A DNA stretch of 64,000 nucleotides from Microthyrium microscopicum. Lineage: Eukaryota. The stretch is from positions 2,638,627 to 2,702,626 of the forward strand of contig MU004230.1 in NCBI GenBank assembly GCA_010405405.1, read 5' to 3'. The position numbers and the translations under genes were made by a program. Each line of letters begins with the position of its first letter. Positions within the stretch are counted from its first letter, which is position 1. Shown here in pieces: positions 36,702 through 47,888 of the stretch. A model generated the notes under the pieces. It did no database searches. It was not told the DNA's origin and saw only the letters and a program-made list of their open reading frames with translations.

Positions 36702-37910
36702 TCATGATACGCTATCCTCTTGCACAACAACGCCTACCACAGCACAAATATCATCCGGCTTACCGCCTCCCCAATCCTCCATTGGATACGCTTTCTTCGC
36801 CTCCTTTGCAAACGGGCCATCTCGTCGCTTATTCAAGCTACATTCCTTGGCTTCCCTGAGAATTGCCATGGCCAGCATGGTGCTCAAGTCCAGCACACCC
36901 TCGCCGAGCTCGTCTGCGCCTGGTGCGCGCTCCAGTATACTAGCTGCCAATCCCTCGTCGCTCACGCTTACTGCTCCTTCTGTGTCCACACGCCAGGCTC
37001 CACTACGTAGCATTACACCTGATATTATCCTCAGAACTTCGTCCCCTGAAAGGTTATCCCATAAGCCGTCGGTTGCGAAAACGAAGACATCGCCGTGAGA
37101 CAGGTTGTGCGTGGACGTCTCGCTTTTGGCGGGTGTTTCAGCAAAGGGTTCGTTGCCAAACAGGCGTATCTGCTGCTTCATCCACGGCGGAATTTTGGAT
37201 AGTTGGTAAGGTGTGTTGAATGCATGTGTCTGTGGCGTGGAAAGATGACAGATGCGCAATGGGCTTAGATGTGCGTAGCCTGAGTCGCCGAGGTTTGCGA
37301 CGTTTAGACTGCCGGTCTTGGTGGCGACACCAATACATGCTGTGCTTCCGCCCGCGTTTATGGTACGGTCTTTTTGTACGGCATCGTAACCATACTGAAG
37401 GATATCGAGTGGTTTGGGGCTAAGGAGTTTTTCGCGCTGCAGTTTGCCTGCGACGGCTGTGGTGTATGAGGAGGAATATTCGCCCATGCGCTCGCTGAGG
37501 CCGTGGGAAAAGTCGGCGGGATCTATACCAGACTCTGTCCATCCACCTACGCCATCTAGTACGCCGAATGCGATGGAACTGTTTTCTGGAACTGTTGACA
37601 CGAAGAAGGCATCTTGGCCGCTCTTGTATCGTTTTTGTTTGCGTTTTTGGGCTGATAGGGAGGTTGTCCCTGGTGCGACACTACTTGATCCGGGGACCGG
37701 GTCATGAAAGTAGAGGTTGCGCGTAAAATCCAGGGGATTCTGTTTGGCGGAGAAGGAAGCCGATATACGGTATGAGAAGTTGGACGAGGAAGTTTTGGCA
37801 GAGTAAGCTCGACGAAGAAAGTATATCGTCGCGTCTGGTTTTCGAAATGATCGTGAGGGACATGATGGGCGTGTCTGTGAAAAGGAGCGGACTGGTAAGA
37901 TTATGCGCAT
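36702..37910 (-). CDS. PTC7: PP2C-family phosphatase Ptc7 (mitochondrial)
   Basis: GQDAFF, GVLDGVGGW, GGSTAC, ANLGDSG, QTHAFNTPYQL, ATDGLWDN and GGKPDDI. Confidence 0.9.
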   Translation of the reverse strand: MRIILPVRSFSQTRPSCPSRSFRKPDATIYFLRRAYSAKTSSSNFSYRISASFSAKQNPLDFTRNLYFHDPVPGSSSVAPGTTSLSAQKRKQKRYKSGQDAFFVSTVPENSSIAFGVLDGVGGWTESGIDPADFSHGLSERMGEYSSSYTTAVAGKLQREKLLSPKPLDILQYGYDAVQKDRTINAGGSTACIGVATKTGSLNVANLGDSGYAHLSPLRICHLSTPQTHAFNTPYQLSKIPPWMKQQIRLFGNEPFAETPAKSETSTHNLSHGDVFVFATDGLWDNLSGDEVLRIISGVMLRSGAWRVDTEGAVSVSDEGLAASILERAPGADELGEGVLDLSTMLAMAILREAKECSLNKRRDGPFAKEAKKAYPMEDWGGGKPDDICAVVGVVVQEDSVS

Positions 37911-38247
37911 TGTGAGGGCCACGCCAGGATATGAAGAGATAGATGTCGACTAGATTATCATGGTATGGGAGATCACGAGTAAATATTAAGAAGTAGATTA
38001 TGAATCAAGAGTCGATGATTATGTCAACAAGTTTCTATTGATCTTAGACTTTGTATATCGGGCATTTTCAATGGTGTACCATGTACATATTTAGGCCGAT
38101 GCAAGCCGAGTTGATCGGGCCGATGGCCCAAGCTCCCTGAAGTTCTAGAGACTAGTGTCATAAAATGTTCAGATTGATGTTCAACCGCAGCTCGTGATAC
38201 TCCTCGACCTTTCTGCCTGGTCCATATATCGCCACAAAAACGCAAAT

Positions 38248-39900
38248 ATGCATCCATCGCGGCAGGCATACGTGGAAGATGCAGAGCCGGAGGTAGGTAT
38301 TCTAGGAATTAGACATAACTCCTCAAAGACTAATAAAAAGCAGGACTCGAAGATGAGCGGCTTGCTCGACCTCGCAGATGTGCCGGTCGACCATGATCAT
38401 TTCATGCCCAATCTATCGGGAGCTAATCCCGAGAAAGCGTCTGCGATTCTGGCCCAATTTAACCGCAAGCGACTCGCCGCAACAATCGCAGTTCCCACAG
38501 ACGATAAACGCGTACGCGCAAGGTTACGAGAAGTAGGAGAGCCCATAACACTTTTCGGCGAAAATGCGCAAGACAGACGAGACAGACTTCGCGAATTGCT
38601 TACGCAACAAGCTGAAGCTGGTGATGATGACGATGTGGACATGGAAGACGGAATGGGAAATGGAGACGAACCGAACGAGGAATACTACACTGAAGGCACA
38701 AACGAATTACTGGAGGCAAGAAAAGAAATGGCCAGGTTCTCCTTACCACGGTCGAAGAAGCGATTAGGCTATCAAAAGGTCGAAAGTACCATCACACTAC
38801 GCTCGCATGTCAAACACAGGAAGGCTGTTCGGGAATGGCTCTCCACCATAGATCTCTTTGGATCGCAAATCGCGGCCGAACGACCACTTGCGGCTCTAGA
38901 ATTCTCGCCGAATGGTGAAACAATTGCTGTGGGAAGCTGGGGCGGCGATGTACAACTACTAGACTTGCCAAATCTCAATAAGAAGCAAGTCTTTAAAGGG
39001 CATCATGATATCGTCAGTGGTCTAGCATGGGCGCCTGGTGCCACCATTGCCGCTTCAAATGTAAGAGCTGAAGATGTCAATCTCGCAACTGGAGGAGGAG
39101 ACGGTACTATCAATCTCTGGTCACTAGTGCAGTCAACACCTCTCGCCACTCTGTCGGGCCACGAATCCCGCGTATCCGCTGTTCAGTTTCACCCTTCATC
39201 GAAATATCTCGCTTCTGCCTCTTACGATGGAACTTGGAGATTATGGGATGTCAAGACAACCACCGAGCTTTTACTCCAGGAAGGTCATAGTCGAGAAGTA
39301 CATTCATTATCCATGAATGAAGACGGCAGTCTCATTGCAACTGGTGGTTTGGACAGCATCGGCCGAGTATGGGACTTGCGTTCCGGGCGTATCGTCATGT
39401 ACCTGGACAGTCACATGGGACCGATATATGCTCTTGACTGGAGCACTGATGGTTATCGGGTGCTAAGTGGCAGCGGCGATGGTTTTGTCAAGTGCTGGGA
39501 CGTGCGAGCCGTAAAGGAACAAGCCAACATCGGAGCCCACACTGGAGGTGTAACTTCCATCCGCTGGTTCCAAGGCAGAGACGGTCCTCATTCCCTATTC
39601 ACCAAGGACGACGGGTCTCCAGGCCTGGGACGCGATGCTCCGGACGTAGACAAAAGTGGTGACCCGCTCCCCAAAGTCTCAGGCACATTTGTTGTCACAG
39701 CAGGGTTGGACCATACTGTCAAAATATTTTCCGCAGATGACTGGAGCCTGTGCAAAACCCTAAAAGCGCACGTAGGCAACGTTACGGGCGCGGATGTCAC
39801 CAATGATGGTCGATGGATAGCGAGTTCTGGGCGTGATAGAACTGTCAAGCTTTGGGGTCGGCCAGATATGGACAGCATTTACGACAATCCAATGGAATAA
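38248..39900 (+). CDS. PRP4: U4/U6 snRNP WD40 protein Prp4
   Basis: MHPSRQAYV start, PRP4 domain (VPTDDKRVRARLREVGEPITLFGE) and WD40 repeats; one 51-nt intron ~38293-38343. Confidence 0.93.
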   Translation: MHPSRQAYVEDAEPEVGILGIRHNSSKTNKKQDSKMSGLLDLADVPVDHDHFMPNLSGANPEKASAILAQFNRKRLAATIAVPTDDKRVRARLREVGEPITLFGENAQDRRDRLRELLTQQAEAGDDDDVDMEDGMGNGDEPNEEYYTEGTNELLEARKEMARFSLPRSKKRLGYQKVESTITLRSHVKHRKAVREWLSTIDLFGSQIAAERPLAALEFSPNGETIAVGSWGGDVQLLDLPNLNKKQVFKGHHDIVSGLAWAPGATIAASNVRAEDVNLATGGGDGTINLWSLVQSTPLATLSGHESRVSAVQFHPSSKYLASASYDGTWRLWDVKTTTELLLQEGHSREVHSLSMNEDGSLIATGGLDSIGRVWDLRSGRIVMYLDSHMGPIYALDWSTDGYRVLSGSGDGFVKCWDVRAVKEQANIGAHTGGVTSIRWFQGRDGPHSLFTKDDGSPGLGRDAPDVDKSGDPLPKVSGTFVVTAGLDHTVKIFSADDWSLCKTLKAHVGNVTGADVTNDGRWIASSGRDRTVKLWGRPDMDSIYDNPME

Positions 39901-40184
39901 ATTGATAACCCGATGTTGCCGCGAAAAGGCGATATAATCTTGATCTGGCAACTCTTGGTTTCTTCGCAGATCGTTGATAAAGGACCTCACTGCCAAGCGG
40001 AGTGCAAGGCTGACAAGCTGACCAATCACAGATAGGAATCTTCTAGCCTTTCGTCATATCAATGGACAACCAACGTGCGTTACGGCGACGTCAAAACAAT
40101 CCCCACAAATAGAACCCTCATCCCTTCCATCGAAGGCTTTGTTCAGTCTTCGTTGACCTTTTTAATCTCCGCCTCTACTGTACT

Positions 40185-41327
40185 ATGAAACTCGATTCCG
40201 CTGTTGCCCAAGTCCTGGGCATAAATCCCGACCATGCAATTGTTTCATCAAGTGGTGGAGGAGGGTGCTCTTCAGCATCAACTGCCAAAATTACCGTACG
40301 AGGTGGCAATGATCACGGCGCTGACCAGCTGTACTTCCTGAAGACCGCCAAAGGCCCCGACGCGGAGATTATGTTTCGAGGAGAGCATGCATCACTAACC
40401 GCCATCCACGATCAAGTGCCAACTCTCTGTCCAAACTCCTATGGTTGGGGCAGATTCGAGTCCTCTTCATCAACATACTTTTTGGTAACAGACCATTTGA
40501 ATCTCGGAGCGCGATCTCCTGTCTCGGGAGAGACCCTCGCGGCTAAGTTGGCTAAGCTTCATTCCACACCAGCCCCTATCCCGAAAGGCTATTCAAAAGC
40601 CATGTTTGGTTTTCCCGAAATAACGTGTTGTGGAGACACACCACAAACCAATAATTTCTCTGAATCATGGGCGGACTTTTACGCGAATCACCGGCTGCGC
40701 TCCATAAGGACAAGATCCGAAAAGTCAAATGGCTCGGACGCGGAGCTGTCAAACCTCATTGAGATTACCGCCGCGCACGTGGTACCGCGTCTCTTGGGAG
40801 ATGGCCATTTGGGCGGATCAAGCGGGATAGTTCCCGTGGTAGTTCATGGGGACTTATGGAGTGGAAATGCTGGAACTGGCAGCTTGGGGTTGGATGGTCC
40901 TGTGGAACAGGTGGTCTACGATCCTTCAGCGGTTTATGGGCACAATGAGTATGAGTTAGGCATCATGAAAATGTTTGGAGGCTTTGGAGGGCAGTTCTTG
41001 AAAGAATATCATGAGCTTTGTCCAAAAACGGCACCAGTTGAAGAATATAGCGACCGAGTTGCGTTGTACGAGTTGTAAGTTGAACAACATATGGAAGTCG
41101 CAGGCGGCTGACAATTAGATTCTAGATATCATCATCTCAATCATCATGTTTGTGTGCCCAAGCCCCGCTCACTTATTTTGTCCCCAAAGAGCCCGGCAAA
41201 ACCACACGTGTTGTTCTAAATTTACTAACAATAACAGGCACTGTTCGGTGGAGGCTATCGCTCTGGCGCTGTGAACATTATGAAGACCCTTATACACAAA
41301 TACGGAGATGACGCCGGTCATTCTTAG
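40185..41327 (+). CDS. Fructosamine/ketosamine-3-kinase family protein
   Basis: MFRGEHASL, LAKLH, FGFPEITCCG, VHGDLWSGN, DPSAVYGHNEYELG, RVALYELYHHLNHH|ALFGGGY; two 3' introns. Confidence 0.9.
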
Positions 41328-42700
41328 ACAGAAAACAAAATCAGGACCCTTATACACGAATAGGGAGCGGACGCCGGTCGCTGCAATTGTGAAAAAGTTT
41401 ATGGTAGGACTGTGAACCATTCTGGAAGCTTTTCAATTACAATTCTACAATCCTATCAAACTTCAAGTCACTCTGCTACAATCCAAAGACTGATTTGTTC
41501 GGTCTTACTATCTAGTAATTTCACCGAACGATCAGGCACTCGTTGGCTCCATGTTCCAAACAATACCTGCCAGTTAACCTTTTCCACACCAATGAACTTG
41601 GAAAGGGCAAATTTGCTAGGCTTTAACAAACCGAAACATTCTAGGATGTCTACAGATACCAAGCCTTCGAAGAATTCCGAAACACTTCTTTGCAGGCGGG
41701 GAAGCACTTCTAATAGGCGCTTTAGAGCTTCTGTAAACATGACAATATACTGAGCACAACGTGTGTAGGAACAAAGATGCATCCGTCCTCAGTATCTTAG
41801 GATGATGTCCTCCAGCCTGGACAATGCAGGTCGTGTGGCGGAATACTTAATGGCATCGAAGTGATCTACCGACCTTTCCCTTCCACCAAATCACAGCCCA
41901 TCTGAGAAGAAAGATCCAAGCATGGGCAGAAAACTAATGATGTGACCAGGGACACAAAGGTACATCATTCTTGTATCTACCGGGTAACAAGAGAGAGGGC
42001 TGACCAGGACATATCAAAGTCTAAATGTGCCATGGCCTTTGGGAGATCTTTACATCTACAGATCCCGATCCCAGGAAAAGATCAAAAGAGCACAGATAAA
42101 AGTTAATCTGTGTTCTGAGCATCCCGTGGTCACTTATGTGTAGGGCTCTCAGTGCTAGCTGAATACTGCGATTGGACTAAGCGATGCGGCCATGAAAACA
42201 CCAGACGGCATCGTAGATATGCCCTATCAAGCAGCCTTCTGCAGCGCTCTTGTCCTTTAACAAAAGTCTTCGTTGGTAATGGACTCGACTCTGTGGACCG
42301 AATGTTTCCCTCCACAAGGCAAGCACAAGGTTTCAGGTCGTCCCCTTGGCGTTTCCCAGGTTCATCGCGCGCAGATTCTCTGCAGGCCTTCGAGACGTTA
42401 GACAGTAGGTCACCCTGAAGAAACAATTGCTGCGAGGCGGGAAAGAATGATTTGGCTCAATTAAACTTGGTTTCCTTCTTGTATATGATAATATACAGAT
42501 CGATTCCCTCAATCCCAACGCCACTAAACACACGTGGATAAACTAAAGGATGGATCCATCTCAAGAATCCTTTGCCATTCCGTTTCTATCTTCGAGAACT
42601 TCGTAAAACCGGACTTTGACCTCGCAATCATGAGACTCGATTCACTCTAACAAGGAACACTTCATCGCCTTATGCAAGAGAGATCACCCGCCTTGCAGCT

Positions 42701-44697
42701 ATGGCAAGTCTAATGCCTACTCCAACACTGGCGCCGGTCACCAACAGTACGATACCGATGTCAGGTCCTATTCCATCTGGTTTCTTTCTCAATCCCTTCC
42801 AACGGCACGCAGTACACGGTCAGCGGGATCTAACTATCATTGCCGTGGTTATAACGTACCTGATACCAGTTTTCCTGGTTCTCGTCAGGTATATAAGCTC
42901 AATCTGATCTACTATATGACTCTAACAAAGTGTAGAATATGTCACCCTCGAAGGGTAAGAAAATATGCGCCTCATGACTGGTTTCTCTTTGTATCATTGG
43001 TACGTATTCTACCGTCTCCTGAACTTTATGAAAGATGGGCATATCATTGAAGCGCAGTGACTGACTATGATCTTCTAGTTCTTTGCTTTTTGCACAACTG
43101 CCAGCTTGATCGCGTCAATAATATTGTCGGTTCGACCTGAGGTTGCCCGAGGTATCAAATTCATTTCTGAACAAGCCTTGAAGGCCAATATAGTTAGTAA
43201 TATGCAGTTTTATGCAACAGCGATGTAAGTCTAGTTCGTATCTATTCGGACGGATCATGTAGTCCTAACAGCGTCAACAGGTTCTTCAGGATGAGCTTGC
43301 TTTGCTTTGCCTGGAAGGAGTTTGCAAATAGAAAAGTCGACAAAAAGCGCATCGTCATATTCATACAAGTAGTTTTAATAGTGTTTCAAGTTGGAGTGAT
43401 AGCGCAAGGTATTGCCGCTATGGCGGTATGTATTCCTGGTATTGGAAGGATATTAACCTATGCTGACAGCTCTACTAGACCTCTGTGGCGAGTTGTAAGC
43501 CAATTTCATCAGCTTGGGATATACGGAAGTTCAAGAAAGATTGTGCAACCTACTCGCAAGTTCAAGTCATCAATGCTGGATTGGATGTATGGAAAGACGG
43601 CATCATTATGATCGGGTTCATTCTGTGCTATGCGCGGATTGGCATAAACCGGAGTATGCTTCGTAGGTTATAATCCATTATCATACCGCTATACATTACT
43701 AATCGAATTTGTAGCATTCAAACTTGCCATTCTTGGGGTTGGCATACTCTCTCTTACTGCTGGACTTGGAAGAGTATCATTTCTAGACGTTCACAAGGCG
43801 GAGATCTTTCCACCTGTCCGCCGCTTAGTTGCCCAACTTCTCGAAGCTCTTGAGATGAACCTGGGCATCGCAACAGCCGCTCTCCTTACCATCTGCACCG
43901 GCACCTATCGCAAACCTCATACTGGCGACGAATTCGAAATGGACCCCAATTGGCGAGGAGACGACTTCAAGAAGTGGGAGGACATTCCCGACCTCGTTTT
44001 CAAAACAGACCCTTCAATCGATATCAACACGCCCATCAAACGCGCCGGCAAGGTCGATCCTGTACAAGGCGCTATGCCCGTCTGGGATGATATTCCCGAT
44101 CTCGAATTCAAAACTGGCGACAGCATCAACGACTCCTCCAAACCATCCTCCCACGCTCCCTACCCTGCGGTCCAATCATTCCAAACAGCCGAGCGAATCT
44201 CAATCCCCATCTTTCCTCAACCACCTCAACAAGCCTTCATCCGCCCCGACACTCCCCCCGAAGGCATCGCCGGTCCCTCAGTCCTCCAACCCCGCCGACC
44301 ATCCATCCCACCGCCATTAAACTTCTCCCACCCATCACGCACACCCTCCACAACTCGAGCGCGCGGGCCTATCCCACCCATGCCATCTTTCAACAACGAA
44401 ATACTAGCTGAAACGCCCATAACACCCCACTATCCACGCACAAAATCGTATCCTGTATCTTTCAGTACTTCGCCATCGCTCTCGCCAGGGCCATTCAGTG
44501 ACTACTCAGAAGGAGAGGCTGATATGGCCATGATGCAAAGAGCAGCGCTGGTACGGATAGCGGATGCGAGAAGGGAGAGCACGAGTGTTAGTGCGGCGTC
44601 CCCTGCGGCGAGTTTAGGTGGTAATTCGATATGGGGAATCGCGGAGGCGTTGGAGGGGAGTCCACCGGCGACGCCGCAAAGAAAGGCTGGTCGTTAG
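42701..44697 (+). CDS. Multi-pass membrane protein with long Pro/Ser-rich tail, possibly PTH11/rhodopsin-domain-like
   Basis: About 5 introns. Hydrophobic exons with HDWFL, RMSLL, AWD..C, LDVW.D and LEMNLGI resemble the PTH11-like pattern. Confidence 0.5.
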
Positions 44698-45174
44698 GAC
44701 CTTTGTAATATTATCTTGATCAGATATAGCTGTACAATAATAAGTTCAGGCCAAAGATAAGTCCATGTTCCCTCAAAGATTTGTGAAGTATTGGTTTGAT
44801 TGTCATTATGGCATCTAGTGCGGCCTATGAAAGCTGGCTGGACAAAAGTAGATAGATTCAAAAGTAAGATCTTTTTCGATTGGCTGGTAGCTGCCTCCAG
44901 TGCTTTCTTATTGTCCTCATGTCCTGCCTCTCTAGCCTGAGGAGAATTATCCAGTAGGACCCCAAAGCGGAGCCAAAGGTTAAGTGTAGTTGGAAAGATG
45001 AGACTCTGCGTAGCTTACTTAGTGCGGCGCAGCAACTTGGACATTCTACCTGGGTAGCATCGCGGCCAAGCAAAACTACTAAAGGTTGTAAATGAGCAGA
45101 CATCCCTCTGCTATCCAAATCCCCCACTGAAAGCTTCAACAATATACATCGAAAGTCCTCTACATACTTGCACA

Positions 45175-45811
45175 ATGACTTCTTTAATGCTCTTCTGCAT
45201 CGATGAGGAGGCTAAAGCCGTGGGTTAAATCGTCCTCTCGTCTCGTAGCAACTTTCCATACTAACCTCATAGAGTTCGTCCCTACAGTCCTAACCACCAA
45301 AATATCAGTGAAATCTCCAGCTCCAATCTACTCTCTAGTGCAATCCAACGCACGACCAACCCACAAAGAGGAATTCAAACAAGAAACGGACCCGATCGAG
45401 CCCTTCGAAACCGATTTCATGGGCTCCTCAGTCCAAGACTGTCGTGACTGGACACTTGAGAACCAGAAAGCCGTCAACTTCCTCATGACAGATCTAATTG
45501 CCATCGTGGACGCTTGAAGCGCCAAGGACAAGACTATCCTTTTGTCATGGTATAGTCGTGATACTGCTCTCGGACCGGACTATGAAGATGATGAGTTTGA
45601 CGCGCTTCCAACAGAAATGAATGTCTGGTACGACTATAGAATTGATTGTAGGCAGTCGGAGGAGGCTACTGTGAGCTTGGTGATGCAGGAACCGTATGAG
45701 ACGTTGTATCCTACTTATTTTGGGCGGAGGGAGGCACTTACTGATGATAATGGCGTTTTTGATGTGGATAGAGCACATCGTTTCTTGCTCGGGGAAACTG
45801 CTGATAACTAG
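45175..45811 (+). pseudogene. Small acidic hypothetical gene with an in-frame TGA at 45515-45517
   Basis: MTSLMLFCIDEEAKA, intron ~45220-45274, then FVPTVL...IAIVDA*SAKDKTILLSWY... ORFs 45203-45517 and 45542-45811 share one frame. Confidence 0.6.
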
Positions 45812-47888
45812 AAAAGTTGAGTTTGAGGGTTCGATGTAATGAATAAGAGTCTATGGGACTTGGAATGGAAGGCCTGAGAGAGTTTATGAAATTGATTTCA
45901 TGTTTGGTCATCAAAGTAGAGGAATTGTCTTCTGGTCCATGTCGTAAGGAGGCAGCGCACCAGGATAGAATTTACAGTCTCCATTATTTCAAAGACCTGG
46001 GAACTAAGAGACAGCCGGACGCATCGTTCCGGGCCGGCTCTCGACTATATATGGATCGGATCCACATACAAATTTGGTGGAGAAATATATTGAGTTGAAG
46101 ATGTATGAAGTTGAATCAATGCGCGTGCAATCCAAATGTTGTTAGAAGGCTTGGAATTTATTCCTAATTAGTGCGCTTCTACACTTGCGAATGAAGATAC
46201 AGAAGGTTTCACCGATCTCGTGGGTGCTAGGATGAATGCTTTACTTTTAAAGCACTGGAGGGGAATCCCTGGACTAATACAACCAACGGTTTCTCCAAGC
46301 TCAGGATCAAGGGATTAGCCGACGACAAGGTGAATGGTGGGGACGTTGAGCAAAAGTCGATCAAAGGCAGCACATTCGACAATGAAAGGGTCATTGGGTG
46401 TAAACTTCCTTCTTATTTTGTGTGCCTCGAATATTGTCGGTTGCCAGCTGGCGGTTCGCTTCTGCTCGAATAATTGCTGCAAACTACTGATTTCCTGCAG
46501 TATACAGTAGTTCCGCACACTATCAGGTCGCCCCACGGTTAGGATGGTGTATATTGACAAGCTCATCCTTCAGTAATACTCTATTACTGTAGAGAGTGGC
46601 CAGCAAACTGGAGAATATGCAGGGGGTCCTTGTCCCTCGTGGTTGAAAATGGCCAACGCATCAACGAGTTGACGGCTGGTGCAGATGCACGAAAGAGCCT
46701 GAGGGCCGCATTCTTGTCCTGGGAATTGCAGCTTGGTGGAATTGGGGAGATTGCGTTTTCCAATTGACGCTTTCAAGAAATCTATTTTGTCTTTGAAGGT
46801 CGAATTGATATTGAATTGAATCAAGCGTTCAAATTTCAATCGCTTCAACCCCCGACGGCAGTGGCATCCAGGATCAGCTTCCGTCCACGGCAGCAAACAA
46901 GAAGCCGGGATTGGCATCGTTATTGCAAGTAGTTCCTGACAACCTGCGACTTTTCCAGTTGAATGGGGCAAGGCGCGAATCTAAAAGAGTCGGTCAAGTT
47001 TGGCAGGAGAAATACAGGTAGAGTAAGTAGAGGACTCAGGTACCCCAAGTTTCGTTTCCAACAAACCCTGGTTCATCGCATCCTACTCTGTCTCTTCAAC
47101 AACACAAACATCGACAACAATGCTCAAAATTTCATCCTCACCAAACCGCCTTCTTCGCCAACTGAGCATGCAGCATCGCTGATGCACTCGAAACTTCCCT
47201 GGTGAGTCATCATCTCTGCCCAACTCTCTTTGCACGACACACTGGGCCCATTGCCTGCGAGGCTGTACGCGTCGCAAAGCACTGCAGCGCCAATTGCTGC
47301 ACCACGGCTGGTTGAAAACGGCAAACAAAATACCTCGTACACAGCTGTGCAGGTAATGGGTCGGTTCGCCAGGTTTTAAACTGGGCAAAGTCCTGATATT
47401 GCTGAAGAAAAAGGCATTGGGTGCTGGGAGCTCTAGTAAACCAACCTCTTGAATTTGCTAGCAAGCTCTCAGCTTGGCCAGCCAGTGGCAGTCGGTCGTC
47501 CTTGCCCCTTCCAGCCACCCACTCTCCCAAAGCTCCCCAGCTCTCCCCAGCAAGCTTCCTTTCCTTCAATAACCGTCCATCTTGATACTAGAAACCATAC
47601 TATTATCATGCTCTGTGTGCTCTGTCGCTTCTGCCCGCCATCTCCATTACCGCGCTTACTACTACTCTTCTGCCCTGACATGGCCCAGAGCTAACATTAT
47701 TGTGTCCCAGGCCCTTTGTTTCTCTTTCCACGAGGCCATTGACTCTTTTGTGGTACATTCTCCAACCGTGTTACCGCGACAAGAGCACTACTTCTTCCTT
47801 CACATCTGTCGCACAGCACACTACTCTGGCTACACTTCCATTGTCGGTTTTGGCCTTGCGCCTAATACCATTGCATCAGTAGCCAACA

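Noticed and set aside
30141..39900. SNU23 and PRP4 (both tri-snRNP) within 10 kb as a functional cluster
   Set aside because: They are separated by unrelated genes, and chance linkage is sufficient.
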